DNA of 64,000 bases, taken from Acidaminococcales bacterium. GTDB taxonomy: Bacteria; Bacillota; Negativicutes; Acidaminococcales; JAISLQ01. A model generated the notes under the pieces. The model had not been told where the DNA came from. It did not search any database and saw nothing but the letters and a program-made list of their open reading frames with translations. Made by a program: the position numbers and the translations under genes. The DNA lies in contig JAVBME010000010.1 in the NCBI GenBank assembly GCA_031552765.1, positions 3,704 to 67,703 on the forward strand, given 5' to 3'. Positions 1-9,116 of the stretch are shown piece by piece. Positions within the stretch are counted from its first letter, which is position 1. Each line of letters starts with the position of its first letter.

Positions 1-776
1 GGGCAGGAGGGCTTGATTACATCACGAAACCATTCCAGTTTGAAGAGGTAGAAGCTCGGGTAGCGACGCATCTAAGCCTGAGCCAATACCAAAACAGGCT
101 GGAAAAAATGGTCAATGAAAAAATTCAAGAAATATACGAGTCGCACATGGCGACCATCCACGCTATGGCCAAACTTTGCGAGTCCCGCGATGACGATACC
201 GGCTGCCACCTCGAGCGCGTCCGCCATACCTGCAAACTGATAGCAGAAGAATTGGAGCGCAATTCGCTTTACCGGGAGACGATCGACAAAAAATTTATCC
301 AAAATATCTATTACGCAAGTGTTTTACATGATATAGGCAAAATATGCATACCTGACAACATATTGCTCAAAACGGGAAAACTTACGCCGGAAGAATTTGA
401 AATAATGAAAGAACACGCCGCTATCGGCGTAAAGACGCTGGAGTCGGTGTTCAACGCTTACCCGCATAACGACTTTGTCAAAATGGGCATAATCATCGCA
501 CGTTCACATCACGAAAAATGGGATGGCAGCGGATATCCGCAGGGCCTGGCCGGCGAAGATATACCCCTGGCCGCCCGGATAGTCGCTTTAGCGGACGTTT
601 ATGACGCCTTACGTTCCAATCGCTGTTATAAAGAAGCGTTTTCCTCATATATGAGCAGGGAAATAATCTTTGACAATAAAGGGTATCATTTCGATCCTGT
701 AATAGTAACTGCTTTTATAAATATAGAACCGAAAATAGTTGAAATATATGACCAATGGCAAATGGCCGACGCTTAA
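1..776 (+). CDS. Response regulator with HD-GYP (c-di-GMP phosphodiesterase-type) output domain; 5' end lies outside the window
   Basis: Frame 3 is open from nt 3. Upstream of the listed Met it reads GLDYITKPFQFEEVEARVATHL, the C-terminal end of a REC domain. Downstream are the HDIGK and HHEKWDGSGYP motifs of HD-GYP. Confidence 0.85.
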   Translation, partial: AGGLDYITKPFQFEEVEARVATHLSLSQYQNRLEKMVNEKIQEIYESHMATIHAMAKLCESRDDDTGCHLERVRHTCKLIAEELERNSLYRETIDKKFIQNIYYASVLHDIGKICIPDNILLKTGKLTPEEFEIMKEHAAIGVKTLESVFNAYPHNDFVKMGIIIARSHHEKWDGSGYPQGLAGEDIPLAARIVALADVYDALRSNRCYKEAFSSYMSREIIFDNKGYHFDPVIVTAFINIEPKIVEIYDQWQMADA

Positions 777-789
777 GCGCCGGCCATTT
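760..789. terminator. Hairpin between convergent genes (candidate bidirectional terminator)
   Basis: aaatggccg (760-768) pairs with cggccattt (781-789). It spans the stop of the + gene and abuts the stop of the - gene. U-runs are weak. Confidence 0.45.
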
Positions 790-790
790 G

Positions 791-1768
791 TCATTTTCCT
801 ATTCTCTTTTGCGTGATGCCTGCCATCAGGTGCAGCGCCAGCCAGGCGGCGACGTGCGAAGAAACATTATTTGGATCTTGCCCCGGGTATATTTCCACAA
901 AGTCGAAAGCTTTTGCTCCCGCCCGGCCGCAGGCGTTCAAAGCCACGGCCATTTCAAAACTGGTCAGGCCGCAGGGGTCGGGCGGGCCGGCCGGGTTGTT
1001 GGCCACGTCCAGAACATCCGAGCAGACAGTAACATATACTGCTTCTGTGCCGTTAAAAGCCACGTCTATCGCTTTTTGTATCGCTGCGTCTATCCCCAGG
1101 CGCTTTATCTCCAACGCGGTCAGCACGGTGGCGCCGAATTTTTTCGCCGCGTTAAGGCCATTCGGATGGTTACGCGGGCCGCGTATACCAAAATGCACCA
1201 TCTTTGACGCATCGACGTTCTCATCTTCATACAAGCGGTAAAAAGGTGAACAGCGGGCGTATTTGTCTTCACCGTGCGCATAAACGTTGTCCATATGGGC
1301 GTCAAAATGTATAACGCCTATTTTTCCCTTGTGTTTTTTGGCAAACTCGCTGATCAAAGGATAGGAGATAGAATGGTCGCCGCCAAAAATTATGGGCGCC
1401 TTGTCATACGCTAAAATATCGGCGATCATCTCCCGCATACGCGCGAAAGAAAAATCATAGTCGCCGTTTTTCACGGCAGTATCTCCATAATCGCCGCCGG
1501 TCATATGATCGAATATATCCATGTCATATTCCGGTAAAAAACCGCCGTAACGGGCGGACGCCTGGCGAATCGTCTTGGTTGCCAGCTCACAGCCGGAAAA
1601 ACCGCCCCATGTACACACCCCTTCCCAAGGTACGCCCATTACGGCAAAATCATAATTTGCCAACTCTTCTTTGCCGGTTATTTTCGGCAGGCCGAGAAAC
1701 GTCGGCACGCCGCTATATATTTCCGGCAGTTTTCTTGTTGGCACATAACAGATAGGTTTGTTTTGCAT
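791..1768 (-). CDS. Ureohydrolase family enzyme (agmatinase / guanidino-acid hydrolase / formiminoglutamase-like)
   Basis: 325 aa with arginase-fold Mn-binding motifs GGDHSISYP, HFDAHMD and CSDVLD. Last gene of a co-directional operon. Confidence 0.85.
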   Translation of the reverse strand: MQNKPICYVPTRKLPEIYSGVPTFLGLPKITGKEELANYDFAVMGVPWEGVCTWGGFSGCELATKTIRQASARYGGFLPEYDMDIFDHMTGGDYGDTAVKNGDYDFSFARMREMIADILAYDKAPIIFGGDHSISYPLISEFAKKHKGKIGVIHFDAHMDNVYAHGEDKYARCSPFYRLYEDENVDASKMVHFGIRGPRNHPNGLNAAKKFGATVLTALEIKRLGIDAAIQKAIDVAFNGTEAVYVTVCSDVLDVANNPAGPPDPCGLTSFEMAVALNACGRAGAKAFDFVEIYPGQDPNNVSSHVAAWLALHLMAGITQKRIGK

Positions 1769-1818
1769 TTTATTTTTTCACCTTCGTTTGGTATTTATAG
1801 TTGCCCTGCGAGTCTTTT

Positions 1819-2553
1819 TTATTCCTGCAGCAAGCCGTGTTTCCTGAAAAACCGCCCCACTTCATAGCGTGTTTTAGCCATCATCAGGCAGCCGCTGTGC
1901 TGCGACCAGTCGTCCTTCTTTTCGCCGCCGGTGCGCTTATCATAATATTCGCTTATCGCCTGGTTGTATGTACCTACTATCCCGTCGTCTTTAGTTTCGT
2001 CGTAAAAATCAAACTTTCGTACAACTTCTTTGGGCAGGCGCGGTTTGATGCCCGGCGCGTCGTCCGGCCAGCCGATACACAAAGCAAACAGCGGGAAGAC
2101 CAGAGGCGGCAACTTGAAAGCCCGGGCAACGCTTTCGACGTCGTTTCGTATCCCGCCGACAAACACCCCTCCAAGACCCAGGCTTTCCGCCGCTATCAAC
2201 ATGTTTTGCGCAGCCAAAGAAGCGTCTATGGTGGCAAAAGTATAGCATTCGGTATTGCCAAGTACCCGTTTATCTATGCCTTGAAAATACTTATCCGCCC
2301 GCTTAAGGTCGCCGCAGAACAACATAACAAGCGGGGCGGACAACACCCAGGCCTGGCCGCCCGAGGCAGCAAAGAGCGCCTCCCGGCCTTCTTTTTTTTG
2401 TACTTCTATCATGGTATAAGACTGGTAATGACTGGAGGTCGAGGCCATTTGAGCGCAATCGACAAGAATTTCTACCATTTCCCGCTCCAGCTGTTTATCC
2501 TTATATTTCCTGATGGAAACATGTTTTTGCAAAAGCTCTGTAACCTGATTCAT
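1819..2553 (-). CDS. NfsA-type oxygen-insensitive NAD(P)H nitroreductase family protein
   Basis: N-terminus HVSIRKYKD...SSHYQSY is typical of NfsA/FRP nitroreductases. I prefer the ATG at 2553 (AAGGGG 8 nt upstream) over the listed GTG at 2562. Confidence 0.8.
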   Translation of the reverse strand: MNQVTELLQKHVSIRKYKDKQLEREMVEILVDCAQMASTSSHYQSYTMIEVQKKEGREALFAASGGQAWVLSAPLVMLFCGDLKRADKYFQGIDKRVLGNTECYTFATIDASLAAQNMLIAAESLGLGGVFVGGIRNDVESVARAFKLPPLVFPLFALCIGWPDDAPGIKPRLPKEVVRKFDFYDETKDDGIVGTYNQAISEYYDKRTGGEKKDDWSQHSGCLMMAKTRYEVGRFFRKHGLLQE

Positions 2554-2558
2554 CACTG

Positions 2559-3032
2559 TCACCCCTTATTTTTCATTTCGAATGTCATATGGCAGCAGGG
2601 CGCGCCATTCAAAAGATGCGTAAGTTCGGCATGTTCAAGGTTTGGATTGAAGCCGTGCGCTATCGAGCAATCGATATGGTCGCAATAAAGTTTGCCCAGT
2701 TCTTCGTCGCCGTCGGCTATCCAGGCCGCAGCGAACGGGCATTGGTGAAATTTCTGGTCTATAAGCTTTTCGCCCATCACCGTGTCGTAAATAAATAGCT
2801 CCGAACGTTCCATATCATAGTAGGGCAGGTAATTTTCCAAAGTATTGGGTTTGCCGTCGGCCGCAGCGTTAGCCGCTATATGCCGCCCCCGCCGCTCGCC
2901 GAAATTTTTCACGCCGCGGCGCACTGCTTCTTCGCCAGCCTGGCCGAAATCCTTTTTCACCTCTTTGGCAACAGATGCGAACAATTGGGCAAATAGTGTG
3001 TAAATAGATACTGGTTTCAATGTGTCTGACAT
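2559..3032 (-). CDS. Small Cys-rich protein, L-2-amino-thiazoline-4-carboxylate (ATC) hydrolase-like
   Basis: 157 aa. The pattern FHQCPF..W...LYCDHIDC....NP....L..G.PCCH resembles the ATC-hydrolase family. GGGGGAGAG RBS; overlaps the livF stop by 16 nt. Family call is from memory only. Confidence 0.45.
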   Translation of the reverse strand: MSDTLKPVSIYTLFAQLFASVAKEVKKDFGQAGEEAVRRGVKNFGERRGRHIAANAAADGKPNTLENYLPYYDMERSELFIYDTVMGEKLIDQKFHQCPFAAAWIADGDEELGKLYCDHIDCSIAHGFNPNLEHAELTHLLNGAPCCHMTFEMKNKG

Positions 3033-3754
3033 TCGCTCTCCCCCAACCCTAAATAAGCTTTCTTTATCCGGTCGTCTTTACAGAGGATCTTGGAATCGCC
3101 TTCCATCGTTATTGTTCCGGTCTCCAGCACATAAGCGCGCTTGGATAGAAGAAGCGCCATATGGGCATTTTGTTCGACCAGCAAGATGGTAGTATTGCTC
3201 TCTTGGTTTATCTTCCTGATGACTTTGAAGATGCCTTCCACCACTATCGGCGCAAGGCCCATGGACGGCTCATCCAACAGGAGCAGTTTGGGCCTTGACA
3301 TAAGCGCGCGGCCTATCGCCAGCATCTGCTGTTCGCCGCCTGAAAGCGTGCCGCCCGCCTGTACTTTTCTTTCCGCCAAACGCGGGAAGATATCATAAAC
3401 TACATCCAGGTCTTTTTCTATTTCCGCCTTATCCGAGCGCAAATAAGCGCCCAGGTGTAGGTTTTCCAGCACGGTCAGGTTGGGAAAAACGCCCCGCCCT
3501 TCCGGCACTTGGGAAATACCCAGTTTGACTATTTCATGGGCCGGCATATTGGTTATATCTTTGCCTTCAAACTTCACCGAGCCGCCGCTGGCTTTGACCA
3601 GGCCGGATATAGTGCGCAAAGTCGTCGTTTTGCCCGCGCCGTTGGCGCCGATGAGCGCTATTACTTCCCCCTGCCCTACACTGAAAGAAATGCCCTTCAA
3701 AGCAGGGATGACGCCGTATTTTACATTGAGATCCTGTACTTCAAGCAAATCCAT
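3017..3754 (-). CDS. livF: Branched-chain amino acid-type ABC transporter, ATP-binding protein LivF
   Basis: Walker A GANGAGKTT, signature LSGGEQQML, Walker B LLLLDEPS. LivF-like length. Confidence 0.9.
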   Translation of the reverse strand: MDLLEVQDLNVKYGVIPALKGISFSVGQGEVIALIGANGAGKTTTLRTISGLVKASGGSVKFEGKDITNMPAHEIVKLGISQVPEGRGVFPNLTVLENLHLGAYLRSDKAEIEKDLDVVYDIFPRLAERKVQAGGTLSGGEQQMLAIGRALMSRPKLLLLDEPSMGLAPIVVEGIFKVIRKINQESNTTILLVEQNAHMALLLSKRAYVLETGTITMEGDSKILCKDDRIKKAYLGLGESECQTH

Positions 3755-3757
3755 CCC

Positions 3758-4543
3758 TCACTCTTCATCAAAGGTAAAAGTCTCGCGGCCAAGGTAGGCC
3801 TCTATAACCTGCTGGTTGCACTGTATGTCGGCCGGCAGCCCTTCGGCGATTTTTTCGCCGTGGTCGAGCACTATTATGTGATGTGAAATGTTCATGACAA
3901 ATTTCATATCGTGTTCGATAAGCAGCACATTTTTTTTCATCTTGCCGGTCATATGGTAAATAAGCTGGGTAAGCTCGTCTTTTTCCGTAGAATTCATACC
4001 GGCGCCCGGCTCGTCGAGCAGCACCAGCCTTGGGCCGGTAGCCAGAGCGCGCCCTATTTCGAGGAGGCGCTGTTTGCCGTAAGGCAGGTTGGTCGCCAGT
4101 TCGTCCACCTTATCGCGCAACCCTACTATCTCAAGGATGCTTTCACATTCTTCGACTACCTCTTTTCTTCTTTGCGAAAGCTTTTTTCCACACAGTACGG
4201 ACTCCAGCACGCCTTCACTATTGCAGCCTTCGTGCGCTACGAGTAAATTTTCAAGTGTGGTCATGGCCGGGAACAGGCGGATATTCTGAAAAGTACGCGA
4301 GATGCCTTTTTGTACCCGCTGGTGCGGTTTTAGCTTTGTGATATTTTCTCCGTAAAAAAATATCTCGCCGCTGGTCGGCTGGTACACACCGGTCAAAAGG
4401 TTAAAAAAGGTGGTCTTACCCGCGCCATTCGGTCCAATGAGCGAAATGATGTCTCCGTCCTTTTGCACTATATTGACTTTGTTTACCGCCACCAGGCCGC
4501 CAAAACGGATAGTAGCGTCTTTTACATTGAGTATTTCAAACAT
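3758..4543 (-). CDS. livG: Branched-chain amino acid-type ABC transporter, ATP-binding protein LivG
   Basis: GPNGAGKTT, LPYGKQRLLEIGRAL, LVLLDEPGAGM. LivG-type C-terminal extension. Confidence 0.9.
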   Translation of the reverse strand: MFEILNVKDATIRFGGLVAVNKVNIVQKDGDIISLIGPNGAGKTTFFNLLTGVYQPTSGEIFFYGENITKLKPHQRVQKGISRTFQNIRLFPAMTTLENLLVAHEGCNSEGVLESVLCGKKLSQRRKEVVEECESILEIVGLRDKVDELATNLPYGKQRLLEIGRALATGPRLVLLDEPGAGMNSTEKDELTQLIYHMTGKMKKNVLLIEHDMKFVMNISHHIIVLDHGEKIAEGLPADIQCNQQVIEAYLGRETFTFDEE

Positions 4544-4555
4544 ATTTTCCCCTCA

Positions 4556-5497
4556 TTACTTATAGGTATTGAGCTGACGCTTGTCCGCGCCCCAAAAGCC
4601 GGTCGGCCGGAAAATCATCATAAAGACCATCAAAAAACCAAAAATCAGCATGCGGTAGTTGCTCAAATCACGCAGCAGCTCGGGAATGACCGTCAATACG
4701 CCTGCGCCGATTATCGAGCCCGGTATGCTGCCAAGGCCGCCCAGCACCACCATAGCGAGGATGGTACAAGAGTCGTTGTAAACAAAAGTATCCGGACTGA
4801 TAAAAGAAATGTAGCTGGCGTAAAAACTGCCTGCCACGCCGGCGAAAGCCGCTGAAATGACAAAGGCCAGCAGTTTGTATTTTATCGGGTAGATACCGAT
4901 TGATTCGGCCGCTATCTCGTCCACTTTCACCGTCTGCATGGCCATGCCGACGCCGGAATTAGTCAGGCGGCGCATGAAACATATGGTGAAAAAGACAAAG
5001 GCCAGGGTCAGGTAGTAAAAAGATATGCGTGAGGAAAAAGTATAGCCCAGCAGCTCGGGTGACGGTATGCCCGGCAGGCCCATCGGCCCGCGGGTAAGTT
5101 CCGCCCAGTTTACCAGTACCAGGCGGATTATCTCGGCAAAACCCAGTGTTACTATCGCCAGGTAGTCGCCCTTTAGGCGCAGGGTGGGCAAGCCCAGAAG
5201 AAAACCGAACAGTGCCGCGCTAGCCGCGCTGGCGATACTGGCCAGCCAAAAATTGACGCCGAAATTAAGCATCAAGAGGGCCGCAGTATAGGCGCCAATG
5301 CCGTAAAAAGCCACATGCCCCAAAGACAGCTGCCCGGCAAAACCTGTAACTAGATTCAGGCTGAGCGCCAATACTGTATAAAAACCTATGGAAATTAAAA
5401 TATGCAGAAAATAAGTGTTGGCAACGACGAGCGGCAAGGCTACAAACAGCGCGCACAGTATCAAGGGCGTAAAACGGTAGTTTAACATTTTCTTCAT
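4556..5497 (-). CDS. livM: Branched-chain amino acid-type ABC transporter permease LivM
   Basis: Polytopic membrane protein of the LivM/BPD_transp_2 type. Start chosen at MKKMLNY (ATG 5497, AGGAGGG 6 nt upstream), just after the livH stop. Confidence 0.85.
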   Translation of the reverse strand: MKKMLNYRFTPLILCALFVALPLVVANTYFLHILISIGFYTVLALSLNLVTGFAGQLSLGHVAFYGIGAYTAALLMLNFGVNFWLASIASAASAALFGFLLGLPTLRLKGDYLAIVTLGFAEIIRLVLVNWAELTRGPMGLPGIPSPELLGYTFSSRISFYYLTLAFVFFTICFMRRLTNSGVGMAMQTVKVDEIAAESIGIYPIKYKLLAFVISAAFAGVAGSFYASYISFISPDTFVYNDSCTILAMVVLGGLGSIPGSIIGAGVLTVIPELLRDLSNYRMLIFGFLMVFMMIFRPTGFWGADKRQLNTYK

Positions 5498-5508
5498 AGC
5501 CTGCCCTC

Positions 5509-6381
5509 CTATACTTTGTCGACGCTCTTTTTGCCGAGTATCCCGCAAGGACGGCAAATGAGCACGATGATCAAGATACCGAAAGCAAAAGCATCGCGGT
5601 AACCGGAAGAAATATACGCGGCGCCGAGGTTTTCCACCAGGCCGATGACAAAGCCGCCCAACATGGCGCCAGGTATGCTGCCGATACCGCCGAGTATAGC
5701 GGCGGCAAACGCTTTGAGGCCGGCCGAATAGCCCATCATAGGATAAACCGCGTCATAATACACGCCGACAAATATGCCGGCCACACAGGCCAGCGCGCTG
5801 CCTATACCAAAGGTGAATGATATTATCCTGTCGGTATTGATACCCATCAGGCGGGCGTTATTTATGCTGTGCGATGTCGCCCGCATAGCGACGCCCACTT
5901 TTGTCCTGTTGACGATAAAATACAAAAGCACCATCAGGGCGCAGGAAAGCGTGATGACCGCTATCTGGATGTTGGACATGGTCACCGAGCCGAATGTATA
6001 TGTTTTTATGGCAATGCCCGAGTCGAAAGGATGGGTCTCGGTGCTCCAGATGATCTGGGCCAGGTTTTGCAAAAATATGGACATGCCAAGCGCGCTGATG
6101 AGCACAGCCAGTTTGTCCGCCACACGGATAGGCCGGTAAGCCACCCGTTCGATCAGGATGCCGATGGCGGCTGTCATCAGCGCTGCCAGCGGGAATGCCA
6201 GATAAAAGGGTATCTGCATAGTCCGCGTCAGTAAAAGCCCTAAAAAGGCGCCTATCATAAAGACGTCGCCATGGGCGAAGTTTACTATGGAAAGTATGCC
6301 GTACACCATCGTATAGCCGAGCGCGATGAGCGCGTAGATGCCGCCGATGGCCAGGCCGTTAATCAACTGCTGTGTAAACAA
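5509..6381 (-). CDS. livH: Branched-chain amino acid-type ABC transporter permease LivH
   Basis: The N-terminus (M)FTQQLINGLAIGGIYALIALGYTMVYG is canonical LivH. Start placed at TTG 6381 (GGGGGA 7 nt upstream); the listed ORF runs further up to 6444. Confidence 0.8.
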   Translation of the reverse strand: MFTQQLINGLAIGGIYALIALGYTMVYGILSIVNFAHGDVFMIGAFLGLLLTRTMQIPFYLAFPLAALMTAAIGILIERVAYRPIRVADKLAVLISALGMSIFLQNLAQIIWSTETHPFDSGIAIKTYTFGSVTMSNIQIAVITLSCALMVLLYFIVNRTKVGVAMRATSHSINNARLMGINTDRIISFTFGIGSALACVAGIFVGVYYDAVYPMMGYSAGLKAFAAAILGGIGSIPGAMLGGFVIGLVENLGAAYISSGYRDAFAFGILIIVLICRPCGILGKKSVDKV

Positions 6382-6582
6382 ATTTCTATCCCCCACACCT
6401 GCGGACAGGCAATAAATGGGCATATGCCGCGTTGTTCGTCGCATTTTATGCTCAACGTACGCATGTGTACGCTTGCGCTAAAATACTCCTCACGCCACGG
6501 CCTCTACCCATTTCTTACCTGTCTGACGAATTTCAAAGTACTTGGGGAAGCTTTTCCCGCTAAAAATCTGTAAATTATAGGA

Positions 6583-7734
6583 TTACTTCACTATCTGGAA
6601 TTTGCCATCCTTGATAACCATCCTGAGCGGCTCTTTCATAACGTCGCCGTTCGCGTCAAAGGTATTGATGCCGGTCGCGCCTTTAAAGTCTTTCATTTTA
6701 GCCATATAGTCGCGGATGGCTTTTCTGTCCGCGCCGGCTTTGTCTATACATTCAAGGACTATTTTGGCAGCGTCATAGCCGTAAGCGGCGTAAGTTGCCG
6801 GAGACTGTTTGTATTTTTCCTTGTAGGCTTTGATGAAAGCCTGCGCCACCGGGTTGTCGGTCCCTTCATGGAAGAAACCTATGAGCATTATGCCTTCAAC
6901 GTCTTTTTTGCCCAGGTCGATGAGCGCGTTGGAATAGATAGCGTCAACGCCCATGATCGGCGCGTTTAGGTTCATGTTGTGCGCCTGTTTGGCGATGAGG
7001 GCGGTTTCATTGTACAAGCCGCCGATAAAAATCATGTCCGGGGCCTGGCTTTTTACTTTGGTCAATATCGCGCTGAAATCCTTGGTCTCGCCTAAGAGGT
7101 AAGAGTCGTTGCTAACAATGGTAGCGCCGAGCTTTTTCGCTTCTTTAGCAAAAACATCGGACAAACCTTTGCCGTAGTCGCTGTTTTCATAAATAATGGC
7201 GATTTTTTTGAATTTCAAGTCGTTTATCGCCCACTTGGCCACGACTTCGCCCTGGAAAGCGTCGGTCGTTATAACGCGGAAGGTATAGTCGCCCGCTTTA
7301 GTAACGGCTGGCGAACTGGAACCTGGCGATATTTCAACAACGCCCGCTTTGTTGTAAACAGGGGCGCCGGCCAAGGTAGCCGAGCTGTTGAAATGGCCGA
7401 CTACAGCCAATACGCTTTTATCTTCGGCCAGTTTGTTGGCTACTATCGCCGCTTCTTTGGGGTCTGTTTTGTCGTCCTGAACTACCAGAGCTACTTTTTT
7501 GCCTTTGATGCCGCCCTTGGCGTTCACTTCATCGATCGCCAGCTGGACGCCATTTTTGATGCTCTCGCCATCCTGCGCGGACGCACCGGTCAAAGGCGCC
7601 GCCAGGCCGATTTTGATAGTGTCAGAGGCCGGTTTTTTGTCGCCGCCGGAAGAACCGCAGCCGGAAACAGCCACAGCCAACATCAGCACGCCGACTGCCA
7701 AAAACAGAGAAACTTTTTTAAACGTCATTTCCAC
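6583..7734 (-). CDS. ABC transporter substrate-binding lipoprotein, LivJ/K (Peripla_BP_6) family
   Basis: Lipobox LAVAVSGC followed by a GSSGG linker. IKIGLAAPLTGASAQDG is typical of type I leucine-binding-protein folds. First gene of the operon. Confidence 0.85.
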   Translation of the reverse strand: MEMTFKKVSLFLAVGVLMLAVAVSGCGSSGGDKKPASDTIKIGLAAPLTGASAQDGESIKNGVQLAIDEVNAKGGIKGKKVALVVQDDKTDPKEAAIVANKLAEDKSVLAVVGHFNSSATLAGAPVYNKAGVVEISPGSSSPAVTKAGDYTFRVITTDAFQGEVVAKWAINDLKFKKIAIIYENSDYGKGLSDVFAKEAKKLGATIVSNDSYLLGETKDFSAILTKVKSQAPDMIFIGGLYNETALIAKQAHNMNLNAPIMGVDAIYSNALIDLGKKDVEGIMLIGFFHEGTDNPVAQAFIKAYKEKYKQSPATYAAYGYDAAKIVLECIDKAGADRKAIRDYMAKMKDFKGATGINTFDANGDVMKEPLRMVIKDGKFQIVK

Positions 7735-8081
7735 ATTCCCCCTTGTAATTTTTTATATAAGATAGCCAGCACAGCCGCCAATTTTCCAGCGGCCGGCATA
7801 CTTGACTATTCCCCCCGATTACTATATCATTTAGAGTAAATATCCAAAACGACAATGTAGTTTCGGAAACTATATTATCTTTATCGATATTTTTATACCA
7901 TGTAAAGCGTGTAACTGTCAAGCAATTTATTTATTTTGCCAAAAGCGCCCAAAACAGGCTATTGCTTATCGACTTATACATTTCCAGTATTTAAAATATT
8001 CTTTTAAGTATTTTTATGCACAAAGCATTTGCTATACACACGCCTATCTATTAAATAGTTAACAAAAGAAAGGGATATAAA

Positions 8082-8879
8082 ATGAAAAAAACTGTACGCC
8101 TTATACAATCGGTGCAAAGAGCGGCCGACATCATCAACTGTTTTGACGGCGGAAAAAGCTTCCACCTGACCTTGCCGGAGATAAGCGCCATGGTCAAGCT
8201 CAACATCAATACTACGCGCGGTTTGATAAACACTCTCGTAGCAAACGGTTTTGTCGAACACGATGAAGAAAAAAACTGCTACCGGCTGGGCCTTATCTAC
8301 ATCACAAAAGCCGACCTTGTCAACAGCAACCAAATGGAAAGCATACGCGCCTTCGCCCGTCCCTACCTAGACGACATAGCGCAAAAATACGAAGTCAGCG
8401 CCCGTCTGCAACTGGTATCCAACAACAGTATATTCACCGTGGAGACCGTCAACCCGGACGACGCGCACTATATCATTTTCACCAAGATGTACCAGGCCTT
8501 TCCTTTATATGCTACCGCTTCCGGCAAACTTTTCCTGCACTACCTGCCGGAGGAAAACCGTTCCGCCCTGTTAGACCGGACAGAATTTAAAAGTTTTACT
8601 CCACACACAATAGTAGATAAGGCCGCCTTGATAAAATCACTCGAACGGATCGGCAAAGATGGCTACTCCACGGAAAACGAAGAAATAGGCCGCGGCGTCA
8701 GCGGTATAGCTGTCCCGATAATGTTGACGAACGGGCACCTTTTCGGTACTATCAGCATCACCGCTTTCAGTTCCATCATCCAGAGCATACCTAAACAAGC
8801 GCTCGAAGACATGCGCCGCTGCGCTGCCATAATAGTCCGGCGGGTAGACCCGAACGCCCCGGACGCCAAAAAAGCCTAA
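8082..8879 (+). CDS. IclR family transcriptional regulator
   Basis: 265 aa. N-terminal wHTH (VQRAADIINCF...LTLPEISAMVKLNINTTRGLINTL) plus an IclR effector domain. Divergent from the liv-type operon. Confidence 0.85.
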   Translation: MKKTVRLIQSVQRAADIINCFDGGKSFHLTLPEISAMVKLNINTTRGLINTLVANGFVEHDEEKNCYRLGLIYITKADLVNSNQMESIRAFARPYLDDIAQKYEVSARLQLVSNNSIFTVETVNPDDAHYIIFTKMYQAFPLYATASGKLFLHYLPEENRSALLDRTEFKSFTPHTIVDKAALIKSLERIGKDGYSTENEEIGRGVSGIAVPIMLTNGHLFGTISITAFSSIIQSIPKQALEDMRRCAAIIVRRVDPNAPDAKKA

Positions 8880-9116
8880 ACGCGGTACGCCATAAAAGCC
8901 TCTTACGCTTCCAACCCCGCGCTTATCTCCCTCCCCCTAATAACGCCCACACCACCTTTTACCTCACCCTCAATCTCAATAACCGCCCCCCTCCTTCCCC
9001 CTGCCGAATATACCTGTCTGTATACTTTTTCGCCATATTTACAACCATCCCGCCACACATTACAATTAAACTGGATAACCCTTTTTACCAAATTTTATAA
9101 TGAGGAGGCTACTACT

